Source: an uncultured Gemmatimonadaceae bacterium (GTDB lineage: Bacteria > Gemmatimonadota > Gemmatimonadetes > Gemmatimonadales > GWC2-71-9). Taken from it: a DNA stretch of 64,000 nt. The position numbers and the translations under genes are program-made. The stretch spans positions 42 through 64,041 of the forward strand of contig CAZYIV010000009.1 in assembly GCA_964647615.1 (NCBI GenBank). Reading direction: 5' to 3'. This document shows, in pieces, positions 1 to 8,420 of this stretch; the stretch's first letter is position 1; every line of letters starts with the position of its first letter. The notes under the pieces are model-generated. The model ran no database searches and was not told the origin of the DNA. It saw nothing but the letters and a program-made list of their open reading frames with translations.

Positions 1-170
1 GGACGAGGGGCTCGGCTCGCAACGCCATGGGATTGCCACGGGCCCCCGGGCCTCCGGCCCGGGGTGCCCTCGCAATGACAGGGTGCACCTACAGTCTGTG
101 CCGTCCCTACTGTCTTACCGTCTTACCGTCTTACCGTCCTACCGTCCTCCCGTCCTACCGTCCGATCTGG
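1..170. repeat. REP-like composite repeat (right-arm type, truncated by the window edge) with a YTACCGTC octamer run
   Basis: 29-79 gggattgccacgggcccccgggcctccggcccggggtgccctcgcaatgac matches 6148-6199 almost base for base. 1-15 ggacgaggggctcgg matches the unit ends at 5960-5975 and 10318-10333. About 100-163 carries tandem (c/t)taccgtc units, as at 6209-6259. Confidence 0.8.
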
Positions 171-344
171 CCCACTTCTTCCATCTCCCCCTCCCATCCC
201 GCCGGTGCGCTCCCACCCCCTGCCGCCCGGGCCGATCCACCGAGACCGCAGCGAAGCACCTGTCAGGCAATCACTTGGAACTCCCCGCCGGGCCCAGCTC
301 CCGGCTCGTCAGACCCTGCGTCAGGTGACCAGGAGGCCCGTCCG

Positions 345-938
345 ATGTCCACTGCGCCGGACACGCGGTACCTGCTCCTCGACCACGCCAGCATGCTCGC
401 CAGCTCCCTCGGCCTCGCCGCGCTCAGCACCGCCCGGGTGGCGCGTTCCGCCCGCCTCTCCAAGACCACCGTCCACGGCTACCTCGGCGGACGGGAGCGG
501 CTGCAGCTCCAGGTGCTGGACCACGCCGTCTGGGAACTGGTGCGGGACGTGCTCACCCCCGCCCGCCGGGCACCCCGAGGGGTGCCCCGCCTGCAGGCGC
601 TGCTGGAGCACTGGATGGGATGGTGCAGCGGCGGCTACCACCCGGGCGGCTGCCCCCTGGTGGCGATCGCGATCGAGTTCGACGACCGGCCGGGCCCGGT
701 CCGGAAGCGGCTGCTCCGCTGGTGCGCCGCATGGCGCCGCTGCCTGAGCCGTGAGGTGGCCCACGCCCGGCGGGCGGGTGCGCTGAGGGAAGTGAGCGAC
801 CCGGACCAGTTCGTCCACGATTACCAGGGGATCATGCTGGCGTACCACCACGCCGAGCGGCTGGTGCGCGACCTGGACGCGCGGGCGCGCGCGCTCCGGG
901 CGTTCAACGACCTGGTGGGAAGGGAGTCGCGGTGGTGA
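345..938 (+). CDS. TetR-family transcriptional regulator
   Basis: N-terminal HTH-like segment LSTARVARSARLSKTTVHGYLGG. ATG at 345 is preceded by aggagg (331-336). The track ORF start at 27 lies inside the REP repeat, so it was rejected. Confidence 0.8.
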   Translation: MSTAPDTRYLLLDHASMLASSLGLAALSTARVARSARLSKTTVHGYLGGRERLQLQVLDHAVWELVRDVLTPARRAPRGVPRLQALLEHWMGWCSGGYHPGGCPLVAIAIEFDDRPGPVRKRLLRWCAAWRRCLSREVAHARRAGALREVSDPDQFVHDYQGIMLAYHHAERLVRDLDARARALRAFNDLVGRESRW

Positions 939-968
939 GGGGAGGGGCAACCCCCGCCCCCCCTCACC
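934..968. terminator. GC-rich hairpin between convergent genes (possible bidirectional terminator, no U-tract)
   Basis: GGTGAGGGG (934-942) pairs with CCCCTCACC (960-968), with an inner GGGG-caa-CCCC. It overlaps the TetR stop and ends 4 nt before the stop of the minus-strand giant gene. Confidence 0.35.
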
Positions 969-971
969 GGA

Positions 972-3900
972 TCATGGAATCAGCTGGATCGCCTTGCCGT
1001 CGAACTTGTGCAGGTCCTTCACCAGCCCGCCCTGCATCGCCTCCTCGCGGCTGATCCCGAAGCCCACCTGGCCGCGCAGGTTGATCCGGCCCGGCTTGGC
1101 CGGCGAGGTGGCGGTCGCGGCCACCGGGCGGTCGAAGTCGGGCACGAACTGGATCGGGTCCGCGAACATCATCACCGGCATGCCGAGGAAGGTGGCGAGC
1201 GCCTGCAGCAGCGGGCGATTGCCGCCCTCCGCCACCTGGTACCACCAGAGGCGGCGGTCGGGAGTGGCGCGCTGCCGCTCACCGATGGCGTTGATCAGGG
1301 TAGCGACGCCCCGCATGCTCCGCAGGTTGATGCTTTCCCGGAAGGCCAGCAGGGACTCCATGGTGAGGGCCGGCGTCTCCGGCCGGGGCTCTGGGAGCGG
1401 CACCGAGAACCCCTCGGTGAGGCCCGGGTCAATCCGGGGGCTGAACCAGATGCTGGGGGTGGAGCCCGTGTGGAAGTCCATGCCGCCATATACGATGAAG
1501 TTCACCCGGGAGGCGGGCCGGGCCAGGATGTTGAGCAGCTCCAGGAAGCCTTCCACCTCCATGTCGTCGGTGGGTGGCACCATGCCGTTGCTGCGCTCGA
1601 TGATCGCCTTGAAGTCCACGGTGGACGGGTGCCAGGTGCCGTCCAGCAGCGCGCCGATCTCCTGCGCCACGGTGTTGAACCCGGTATCCCGGTCGGCCTG
1701 GCCGTAACACCAGACCTCCGCCACGGTGACCCCGCCGCTGCCACCACCGGCGCCGCCCTTGTCGGCCAGGCCGCCGGTGTCCGCCAGCAGGATGTCGCCT
1801 ACCGGCATCCCCGTGGCGCCGTGCAGCAGCCGGCGCATCGCGTCGCCGGTGAAGCCGTCGCTGCTACCGCCGCCACCGCCGGGCGAGCCCTCGATGCCCG
1901 GCATGAAGTCGCCGCTGCCGCCGCCGGTCCCGCCACCGCCGGACGATCCGCTCCCGCCACCACCACTCCGCACCCCCGCCGCATCCAGTGCGCGGGCGGT
2001 GTTGAGCGCGGCGCCCATCTCGGAGGCGTTCCTGGGCGTGCCGCCCTGGGCCGCGGGGCTCGCCGCCGTCGCGGCGGCCGCCGCGCCCTTGCCGGCGTCG
2101 ATCTTCCGCTTCTCCAGCTCGAACGACTGCGCCGCCATCATGTTGGCGCTGGCGATCTGGGCCTGGGTGGCCGCCGCTCCCGCGCTGGTGCCGGCCAGCG
2201 ACTGCGCCAGCCCGATGGTCGCGCCGAGCCCCGACATGTCGCGGAACATGCTGCCGTTCTGGACCGCGCCGAGCACTGCGCCCACGCCGGTCGGGTCGGG
2301 GAGCGAGGTGGGGCTCACGATGTTGAGCACCGGCTGCCCCAGCTGTCCCGGCCGCGCCTCGCTCGCCTGCGCCCGCGATCCCATGTTGATCGCCGCGATC
2401 TCCGGCGGCGCCAGCGGGATGGGGCTGTCCTGCCAGTTCCAGAACCGGGTGGCATCGAGCTTCTCGGCGGAGTTGGAGCGGCCCAGCACCGCCTCGCCGA
2501 AGACGCCGCCGGTGGGGATCGGCACCAGCTGCTCGGTGGTGGAGGGTCCGCCGAACTGGAGCCCGCGATCACTGAGCCACCTGCGCCACGCCGCCTGCGC
2601 CGCGCCGATGGCGCCGGCGGCGGCATCCGCGCTGAGGACGCTGTCGCGCCGGGCGGTGAAGGCCGGCATCCGGAGGACGACGTAGTTGCCGGCGATCATC
2701 ACCGGCTCCGGGTCCACCAGGTCCACCACCGGCAGCCCCTCGAACGCGAACGGCGAGAGCAAGAGCGCAAGCGTGGAGGCATCCAGCGAACGCCAGATCG
2801 CCTGGCTGTAGTGCAGCCGGTTGGCGTTGAGGTGCTCCACCAGCTCGGGGCGGAGCGCCTGGTCGCCGAAGCGCACCACCGTGAAGCTGGCGTTGGCGTT
2901 GAAGCTGATGGGAAGTGTCACGGGGAAAAGCGCGCCCCGATAGGTCAGCTCGAGCGTCACCTGTCCGGTGCCGGTGGCGGGGAGTGCGCCGGCGGTGACC
3001 ACCAGCTCGCTCAGTTCCGAGAGCGGCAGCGCGCTCGGCGCGCGCCACTCGAGCCCCGCATCCGAGAAGACCACCGCCGCGCCGCCGGTGGCCGGCTTGG
3101 CGGAGACGCCGGTGACCGGCACCCGACTGTCGCCGATGCGGAATACTGCGGCGGTGAGCGCGGCGTCGCGGGGAAGGAAGACGTCGCTGCTGCCGGGGCG
3201 CACCACGTCGAGGGAGACGATGCGCGATGCCCGCGCCAGCTCGATGGCGTCGAGCACCGGCCGCGGGTCGGTGACGGGGGGACGTGGCGGCGCCGGCGGG
3301 GTGGCGGGCGGGGTCGGGGGCGTGCCGCTGTCGGCGGTGGTGCTGTCGGGCGTGGTGTCGGTGGCCATACGGGCCATCATCGTGACCCCGCCGATCGTGG
3401 CGACGCCGAGCGCGCTGAGGAACGGCCGGCTGCGGACCAGGGAGGTGACCTTCACCGTCCCGAACTCGCTGCCGAGCATCTCCCGCGCCTGCCGGTCCAG
3501 GGCCGCGTCGGCGAGGACCCCCTGGTAGCGGCGGATGGTGGCCTCGTCGAAGGTCACCAGCTTCATGGGGATGAAGAGGCAGCGCTCGACCTGGTTCAGC
3601 TCCACCCGCACCCGGTACAGCTCCACCACCTCGTAGTACTGCACGGTGAGGGCGTGCATGTGGTTGTAGTTGGCCAGGATCCGGGTGGAGACGCTCTCGT
3701 GCTCCTGCTCCGAGACCTCCAGCACCAGCGAGGCGCGGCGGTCGCGCACCGAGGAGGCGGCCTGGTGGGTCGCGTCCATGACCTTCTGGCTCATCGAGGC
3801 GGCAAGGTCGCGGCTGCCGCTGGAGGTGGAGAAGCTCTCCGCGTGGGTCTTGGTCTTGGCGGCGGAGGCCGACCCGCCGATGGACACCGGGCCGATCGTG

Positions 3901-4826
3901 GCGCCGGCGCTGAGCCCGCCGCCGAAGGTGGTGGAGCTGCTGTCGGTGGTGGAGAAGCCGGTCTGGGCCTCGTTGGCGACCGCCTCCTGCACCTCGCTCA
4001 GCGCCCGGTTGTGGCTGGTGGTGTTGCTGAGCCGCTCCGACTCGCTGATCGCCTCGGTGCCGGTGGAGCGCGACTGGCGCGACCAGTCCACCACCGCGAT
4101 CCGGGTGCTCTCGCCCGGCGCCAGCGCCACGCTGTGCAGCAGGTTGCCGAGCGTCACGCCGTGCGCAAACCAGGACTGCGCGAACGTGAGCCGCGCTCCC
4201 ACCGCCGGCACGCTGAAGCCGAAGTCGTCCTGCACCGCGGGGGCGAGATCCACCGCGCCGGCCGACGCCAGGTCGCGGGTGGTGGTGGTCTCGACGTGGT
4301 CAATGACCACGGTGGAGTAGAAGCAGCGCTCGGTGGGGTACTCGCCCATCCGCGGCACCAGCTCGGCGGCGTCGTCCGCCGTGCCGGGGTCGGCGCCGGT
4401 GGCGACGGCCAGCACCAGCCGCGCGAACCGGAACGGCAGCCAGCGGCCCAGGTCGCCGACGGTGGCCACCTGCAGCGTGTCCCCCAGCGCGGTGGCGAGT
4501 TCGGGGGTGACGCCGCGGAGGGCGGTGAGCGGGGAGCCGGCCAGGGCCTCGATGGTGGGGGCGGGCTCCTCGGTGGCGTAGCCGCCGGGGACCCGGTCGA
4601 GGCGGCCCAGCGGGCCGGCGCCCTCGGACTCCGCCGCCTCCACGATCTCCCGCGCCCGGGCCAGGAGCGGCAGCGTCGCCAGGTCGAGGACCGTGCGGAC
4701 CCCCTGTCCCGCCAGCAGGGTCACCACCGGGTCGGTCACGCCCAGCAGGACGCTGACCTCCGAGTGCAGCACGGTCACCGGATCGAGGTGGGCGCTCGCG
4801 TGCCGCAGGCCGTCCTGGTAGCGCAT
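972..4826 (-). CDS. Large (1,284 aa) modular protein of unknown function
   Basis: Single uninterrupted ORF. It has distinctive non-low-complexity blocks (LAPGESTRIAVVDWSR, ILANYNHMHALTVQYYEVVELYRV), a Ser/Thr/Gly-rich core, a Pro/Thr linker, a long Ala/Gly linker and a 252-aa C-terminal domain. The opposite-strand ORF 1008-4859 is Arg/Gly/Ala-rich junk. Confidence 0.85.
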   Translation of the reverse strand: MRYQDGLRHASAHLDPVTVLHSEVSVLLGVTDPVVTLLAGQGVRTVLDLATLPLLARAREIVEAAESEGAGPLGRLDRVPGGYATEEPAPTIEALAGSPLTALRGVTPELATALGDTLQVATVGDLGRWLPFRFARLVLAVATGADPGTADDAAELVPRMGEYPTERCFYSTVVIDHVETTTTRDLASAGAVDLAPAVQDDFGFSVPAVGARLTFAQSWFAHGVTLGNLLHSVALAPGESTRIAVVDWSRQSRSTGTEAISESERLSNTTSHNRALSEVQEAVANEAQTGFSTTDSSSTTFGGGLSAGATIGPVSIGGSASAAKTKTHAESFSTSSGSRDLAASMSQKVMDATHQAASSVRDRRASLVLEVSEQEHESVSTRILANYNHMHALTVQYYEVVELYRVRVELNQVERCLFIPMKLVTFDEATIRRYQGVLADAALDRQAREMLGSEFGTVKVTSLVRSRPFLSALGVATIGGVTMMARMATDTTPDSTTADSGTPPTPPATPPAPPRPPVTDPRPVLDAIELARASRIVSLDVVRPGSSDVFLPRDAALTAAVFRIGDSRVPVTGVSAKPATGGAAVVFSDAGLEWRAPSALPLSELSELVVTAGALPATGTGQVTLELTYRGALFPVTLPISFNANASFTVVRFGDQALRPELVEHLNANRLHYSQAIWRSLDASTLALLLSPFAFEGLPVVDLVDPEPVMIAGNYVVLRMPAFTARRDSVLSADAAAGAIGAAQAAWRRWLSDRGLQFGGPSTTEQLVPIPTGGVFGEAVLGRSNSAEKLDATRFWNWQDSPIPLAPPEIAAINMGSRAQASEARPGQLGQPVLNIVSPTSLPDPTGVGAVLGAVQNGSMFRDMSGLGATIGLAQSLAGTSAGAAATQAQIASANMMAAQSFELEKRKIDAGKGAAAAATAASPAAQGGTPRNASEMGAALNTARALDAAGVRSGGGGSGSSGGGGTGGGSGDFMPGIEGSPGGGGGSSDGFTGDAMRRLLHGATGMPVGDILLADTGGLADKGGAGGGSGGVTVAEVWCYGQADRDTGFNTVAQEIGALLDGTWHPSTVDFKAIIERSNGMVPPTDDMEVEGFLELLNILARPASRVNFIVYGGMDFHTGSTPSIWFSPRIDPGLTEGFSVPLPEPRPETPALTMESLLAFRESINLRSMRGVATLINAIGERQRATPDRRLWWYQVAEGGNRPLLQALATFLGMPVMMFADPIQFVPDFDRPVAATATSPAKPGRINLRGQVGFGISREEAMQGGLVKDLHKFDGKAIQLIP

Positions 4827-4949
4827 CGGTTCCTCCGAAGGCAGGGCGGGACAGGATGAGATGGGGGAGACCCAGAGGGACGCGGGGCGGCGGCGGGGAT
4901 TCTCAGTCAGGCGGGGGGAGGGGGGGGTGACAGGGGTGGGGGGAATGCT

Positions 4950-5310
4950 GTCATTGCGAGGGCACCCCGGCGCCTCGGCGTCCCGCGGCTAAAGCCTGCT
5001 CTCCCCGGCCTCGGCGTCCCACGGCTAAAGCCTGCTCTCCCTCGCGCCCGAGTCGCGGCTACGCCGCTCCTGAGGGGCGCTCGGTCGTCGGCATCTGTCG
5101 CTGAAGCGACAACTAATCGCCCTACTGGCGCCTCAGGGGCGCTCGGTCGTCCTCGGCTCGCGCTGACATCGCGTCCCGCGGCTAAAGCCGCGACATCCCT
5201 GGCGTTCCCTGGGCGCGCGTCCCGCGGCTAAAGCCGCGACATCCCTGGCGTTCCCTGGGCGCGCGTCCCGCGGCTAAAGCCGCGACTCGGCATCTATCGC
5301 TGAAGCGATG
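4950..5310. repeat. REP array, left arm
   Basis: Repeated hairpin units cgcggc-taaa-gccgcg and gtcgc-tgaa-gcgac. It begins with gtcattgcgagggcaccccgg, the reverse complement of 6179-6199. Confidence 0.85.
5171..5286. repeat. 46-bp direct tandem repeat, about 2.5 copies, inside the left REP arm
   Basis: gcgtcccgcggctaaagccgcgacatccctggcgttccctgggcgc occurs at 5171-5216 and 5217-5262, with a partial third copy at 5263-5286. The copies abut with no spacers. Confidence 0.9.
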
Positions 5311-5392
5311 TGGGTCCCGTGCGGGGTCGAAACGCGCCGATGGGAGTCATGGTGATGCGAGGTGCAAGGCCGAAGGAAGGTAGGATGGTCGG

Positions 5393-5863
5393 ATGCGCCA
5401 CCGACTCTTCGTGCACCTGGTCTGGACTACGCGGGAGCGCGCACCACTGATTGACCTGCCCCGTGCGGCCTTCCTGGCGCGGTTCCTGCCCGCCGTGGCC
5501 TGCCAGGAGCGCGCCCGGATGCTCGCGATGGGTGTCGTGCGTACCCACGTCCACCTGTTGCTCCGACTCGATCCCGCGACGGAGATCGGCCGGTTGGTGC
5601 AGCGACTCAAGGGCGGGAGCTCCCTCCTGATCTCCCGGGAGGGCCACGGTGGTTCCGGAGGGCCACTCCGCTGGGCACGAGGCTACAACCTCGAGTCTGT
5701 GAGCCCCCGTGCGGTTTCAGCCGTCCTGCAGTACGTGGAGTCTCAGGCTGCGCATCACCCTGCGGAGGCGATCCCGGGCTGGCCCCCAAAGGAGTCAGGT
5801 GCACGCGTCGCTTCAGCGATAGATGCCGAGTCGCGGCTTCAGCCGCGGGACTGGGCGCAGTGA
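5393..5863 (+). CDS. IS200/IS605-family Y1 (HUH) transposase-like protein, REP-associated (RAYT-like)
   Basis: HUH motif in VRTHVHLLLRL and the catalytic Tyr motif YxxxQ in LQYVESQ. Size is 156 aa. The last ~19 codons are encoded by the right-arm REP sequence. Confidence 0.85.
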   Translation: MRHRLFVHLVWTTRERAPLIDLPRAAFLARFLPAVACQERARMLAMGVVRTHVHLLLRLDPATEIGRLVQRLKGGSSLLISREGHGGSGGPLRWARGYNLESVSPRAVSAVLQYVESQAAHHPAEAIPGWPPKESGARVASAIDAESRLQPRDWAQ

Positions 5864-6199
5864 CCGATGGGAGAGGAGTTGTCGCTTCAGCGACAGAAGC
5901 CGACGACCGAGCGCCCCTCAGGAGCGGCGTAGCCGCGACTCGGGCGCGAGGGAGAGCAGGCTTCAGCCGCGGGACGAGGGGTCGGGGCGCGAGGGAGAGC
6001 AGGCTTCAGCCGCGGGACGCGGGGCCGGGGCGCGAGGGGGAGCAGGCTTTCGCCGCGAGACGAGGGGCCGGGGCGCGAGGGAGAGCAGGCTTTAGCCGCG
6101 GGACGATGGACTGGGGCCCGAGCGCCCGCCCCGGTGCGGAGCACCCTGGGATTGCCACGGGCACCCCGGGCCTCCGGCCCGGGGTGCCCTCGCAATGAC
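5807..6199. repeat. REP array, right arm (inverted relative to the left arm)
   Basis: Four tandem ~43-bp units cgcgagggagagcaggctt(c/t)agccgcgggacg... span about 5944-6116. The arm ends in a perfect 14-bp hairpin, GGGCACCCCGGGCC (6159-6172) tcc GGCCCGGGGTGCCC (6176-6189). Confidence 0.85.
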
Positions 6200-6208
6200 G
6201 ACCTTCGA

Positions 6209-6259
6209 CTACCGTCCTTACCGTCCCTACCGTCCTACCGTCTTACCGTCCTACCGTCC
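6209..6259. repeat. Octamer/nonamer microsatellite (Y)YTACCGTC, about 6 units
   Basis: ctaccgtccttaccgtccctaccgtcctaccgtcttaccgtcctaccgtcc. The same run follows the same hairpin at 100-163. It abuts the stop codon of the minus-strand gene ending at 6259. Confidence 0.85.
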
Positions 6260-6963
6260 TAAAGATGCTGAAACGGCGCCTCATGCGGCTCCGACCGCCG
6301 CGCCGCCGCCTGCGCCGCCCACCCGCGCCGCACCACGCCTGTGCTGCCGATGCCGACGGCAAGCGCCAGCGTCAGCACGATCCCGCCGAACAGGATCCCG
6401 AACGCCAGCCGGAGCACCACCCCGCCGATGTGCAGGTGTTCGAGCGCCATGGCGATCGCGAGCAGCTGCACCAGCCAGCGGACCCCCATGCTGAGGAGCG
6501 GCGCGCTGTCGAGCCCCAGGTTCACCGCGCCGATGAGCACGCCCCGGGAGAGGAACTGCGCCAGCACCCGCCCCGCGAGGAGCAGCAGGATCGCGACGAA
6601 GACGTTGGGCAGGTAGTCGATGAGCCGGCCGACGAGGGTGCCGAGCAGCTCGGGGTCGAGGGCGGTGAGCCCCACGAGTACGCCGCAGAGCAGGAAGGCC
6701 CACAGCACCACCCGGCCGAGGAGCCGGGCGGGGCTCCGGTCCGGCGACCACTCCGCCAGCGCGGAGAAGACTGTGCCGTTGAGCCGGCTGTCGAACTCCA
6801 GCCGGCGCAGCGCGCGGGTGAGGATCCAGCGCGCCGCACTCCCCAGCACCAGGGCGGCGAGGATCGCCACCAGCATCACCGCCGCCGCGGGGAGCAGCGC
6901 GGCGGCACTCTCCAGGACGCGGGCCCACGACTGCGCCAGCGCGTCAGAGACCGATTGCCACAT
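6259..6963 (-). CDS. Integral membrane protein, 'conserved TM helix' repeat type (mechanosensitive-channel-associated family)
   Basis: Several hydrophobic helices. The N-terminal pattern is [38 protein letters not shown]3 bias is strong. Confidence 0.55.
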   Translation of the reverse strand: MWQSVSDALAQSWARVLESAAALLPAAAVMLVAILAALVLGSAARWILTRALRRLEFDSRLNGTVFSALAEWSPDRSPARLLGRVVLWAFLLCGVLVGLTALDPELLGTLVGRLIDYLPNVFVAILLLLAGRVLAQFLSRGVLIGAVNLGLDSAPLLSMGVRWLVQLLAIAMALEHLHIGGVVLRLAFGILFGGIVLTLALAVGIGSTGVVRRGWAAQAAARRSEPHEAPFQHL

Positions 6964-6995
6964 GGTCCACCTCCTTCACGGCAGCGACGGCCGGG

Positions 6996-8201
6996 TCACG
7001 GGTTGAACCGGTCCGGCCAGCGCCACCGTCCGATCAAGTATGGTTTCTCGCCCTCGAATCGCAAGCACAACTCCTCGATCCGCTGTTCCACTTCCGGCTC
7101 GGTCAGGCCGGCGACGCCCATCGCGAACCCCGCGAACCAGCCGAGATAGAGGGGGGTCAGGGCGGGGAGGAGGTGCTCGCGGCTGATGCTCCGGGCATGG
7201 TACGCCAGCAGCACGTCGTACAGGGTGCGGGCCCACAGGTCGTCGGGGATCCGGCAGGCGCTGTCGGGCCCGCGCGCCAGCCGGCGGTACTCCAGCACCG
7301 TCATCGGCGGCAGCACCCGGTTCCACACCGGCGCCAGATGCTGCTCGCCCCGCCGGAACGCCGCCAGTGCCTCGGTCACGTCCACCGTGGGGACGGCCCC
7401 GTCCCACGGCTCGGGCGTGCCCGTCCGCTCCACGGCATCGGAGCCGCGCTCCTTCTGCCACCGGGCCTGGGACCGCTCCGCCTCCTGGAACAGGGTCCCG
7501 AGCACCCGGGCCAGCACCGCGCTCAGCTCGCCGATCTCGTGGAAGGTCGTGAAGTGCCGGCTGCCGATCCAGGCCTCCGCCGGGCGGAAGCCGTTCACCA
7601 GCGCCCGCTGGGCCAGCCAGAGGTTGGTGACGTAGGCGCCGCCGGCTTCCCACTGCTTCTGGGCCAGGCAGTGCTGCAGGAACCTGCGGCTGCAGGCCAC
7701 GTCGCCCCCGCCGGGGAACCGCACCCGGTGCCCGTAGAGGGCGCGGGTGAAGGGGTACACGATGCCGGAGATGATCGCCCCCTCGAGCGGCGGCCGGCTG
7801 TACCACGGCGCCACGAAGTCCGCCCGGCCTGCCACCACCGGCTCGAGCAGCCGGACCAGCGCCTCCGGGTGGGTCCGGGCCAGCTCCGTCTCGACGATCG
7901 CCAGCGCGGGGGCGGCCAGCGCCACCGCCTCCGCCGCCACCGACCGCAGGAACTCCGCCCGCGCGGCGGGTGGCGGGACGGCGCGCGCCGGGTCCGCCGG
8001 GATCGGCACATCCACCAGGCGCCCGCCAGCTGCAGGTTCGGCCGTCGCCGAGCCGGCGTGGAGCAGCAGCAGCCGCCGGCCGGGGAAGGCGGGCAGCACC
8101 GCCGCGGCGAGGGCCGCGCGCACCGCGTCGAGGGAGTCGGCATCGCCGGGGCCGGCGATCGCCACCGCCAGGTCGGCGGCGGGCGGAGTCGGGTCGGTCA
8201 C
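6996..8201 (-). CDS. Glycosyltransferase-like protein (GT-A fold suspected), divergent from treS
   Basis: 401-aa ORF with a GTG start at 8201. The family call is from weak recollection of glucosylglycerate-synthase-like proteins and no catalytic motif was verified. The antisense ORFs are compositional junk. Confidence 0.4.
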   Translation of the reverse strand: MTDPTPPAADLAVAIAGPGDADSLDAVRAALAAAVLPAFPGRRLLLLHAGSATAEPAAGGRLVDVPIPADPARAVPPPAARAEFLRSVAAEAVALAAPALAIVETELARTHPEALVRLLEPVVAGRADFVAPWYSRPPLEGAIISGIVYPFTRALYGHRVRFPGGGDVACSRRFLQHCLAQKQWEAGGAYVTNLWLAQRALVNGFRPAEAWIGSRHFTTFHEIGELSAVLARVLGTLFQEAERSQARWQKERGSDAVERTGTPEPWDGAVPTVDVTEALAAFRRGEQHLAPVWNRVLPPMTVLEYRRLARGPDSACRIPDDLWARTLYDVLLAYHARSISREHLLPALTPLYLGWFAGFAMGVAGLTEPEVEQRIEELCLRFEGEKPYLIGRWRWPDRFNP

Positions 8202-8420
8202 CGGACGGCCCGCGGGTCAGGGGCGCGGGAGGGGAGGGAACGCCGGGTCGGAGTCGTCATCGCTCTCGATACAATAGCCCCGGCTGCCCCGCGTGCCAAC
8301 GCCCGCGGCACGGCCCACTGGACGTGGGGCCCGCATGGGGCCAATCTCCCCCGGGGAGCCGCGGCACGCCGCCGGGGCGCCGTTCGTGGATGCCCGATCG
8401 AATGCCGGGAGGAGCCTCGC

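Larger units (their letters stand above)
4950..6259. mobile_element. RAYT-like locus: Y1 (HUH) transposase gene bracketed by inverted arrays of REP hairpin repeats
   Basis: The left arm (4950-5310) and right arm (5807-6199) are reverse complements of each other in blocks: 5050-5110 vs 5881-5941 (60/61) and 5265-5309 vs 5807-5851 (1 mismatch over 44). The transposase ORF lies between them. Confidence 0.8.

Noticed and set aside
27-344. N-terminal 106-aa extension of the TetR ORF
   Set aside because: The extension is encoded by the REP hairpin and the octamer microsatellite (it translates to [13 protein letters not shown] repeats). A good RBS plus ATG sits at 345, just before the HTH.
1008-4859. 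1,283-aa plus-strand ORF mirroring the giant minus-strand gene, and similar long antisense ORFs (8217-10064, 15179-17347, 28738-30909, 50980-53628, 58651-60723, 60549-62579)
   Set aside because: Their translations are dominated by Arg/Gly/Ala/Pro/His with no recognisable motifs, whereas the opposite strand encodes clearly recognisable enzymes. Long stop-free antisense frames are expected at this GC content.
5171-5286. 46-bp direct repeats that might be taken for a CRISPR array
   Set aside because: The copies abut with no spacers and number only about 2.5. They contain the same hairpin unit found throughout the REP arms, and no cas genes are nearby. This is a tandem duplication inside a REP array.
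972-6259. Whether the giant gene plus the transposase represents a prophage, an integrative element or a defence island
   Set aside because: The window has no integrase or recombinase of the tyrosine or serine type, no phage structural or replication genes, no flanking tRNA, and no direct repeats that could be att sites. The Y1 transposase with REP arrays is better explained as a domesticated RAYT. No recognisable defence-system domains (nucleases, ATPases, TIR, etc.) were seen.
7173-8420. Upstream 416 codons of the treS ORF (982 aa in the track)
   Set aside because: This portion is antisense to the 6996-8201 gene and has no alpha-amylase similarity. The TreS homology begins at [12 protein letters not shown], just after a GTG preceded by gggaggag.
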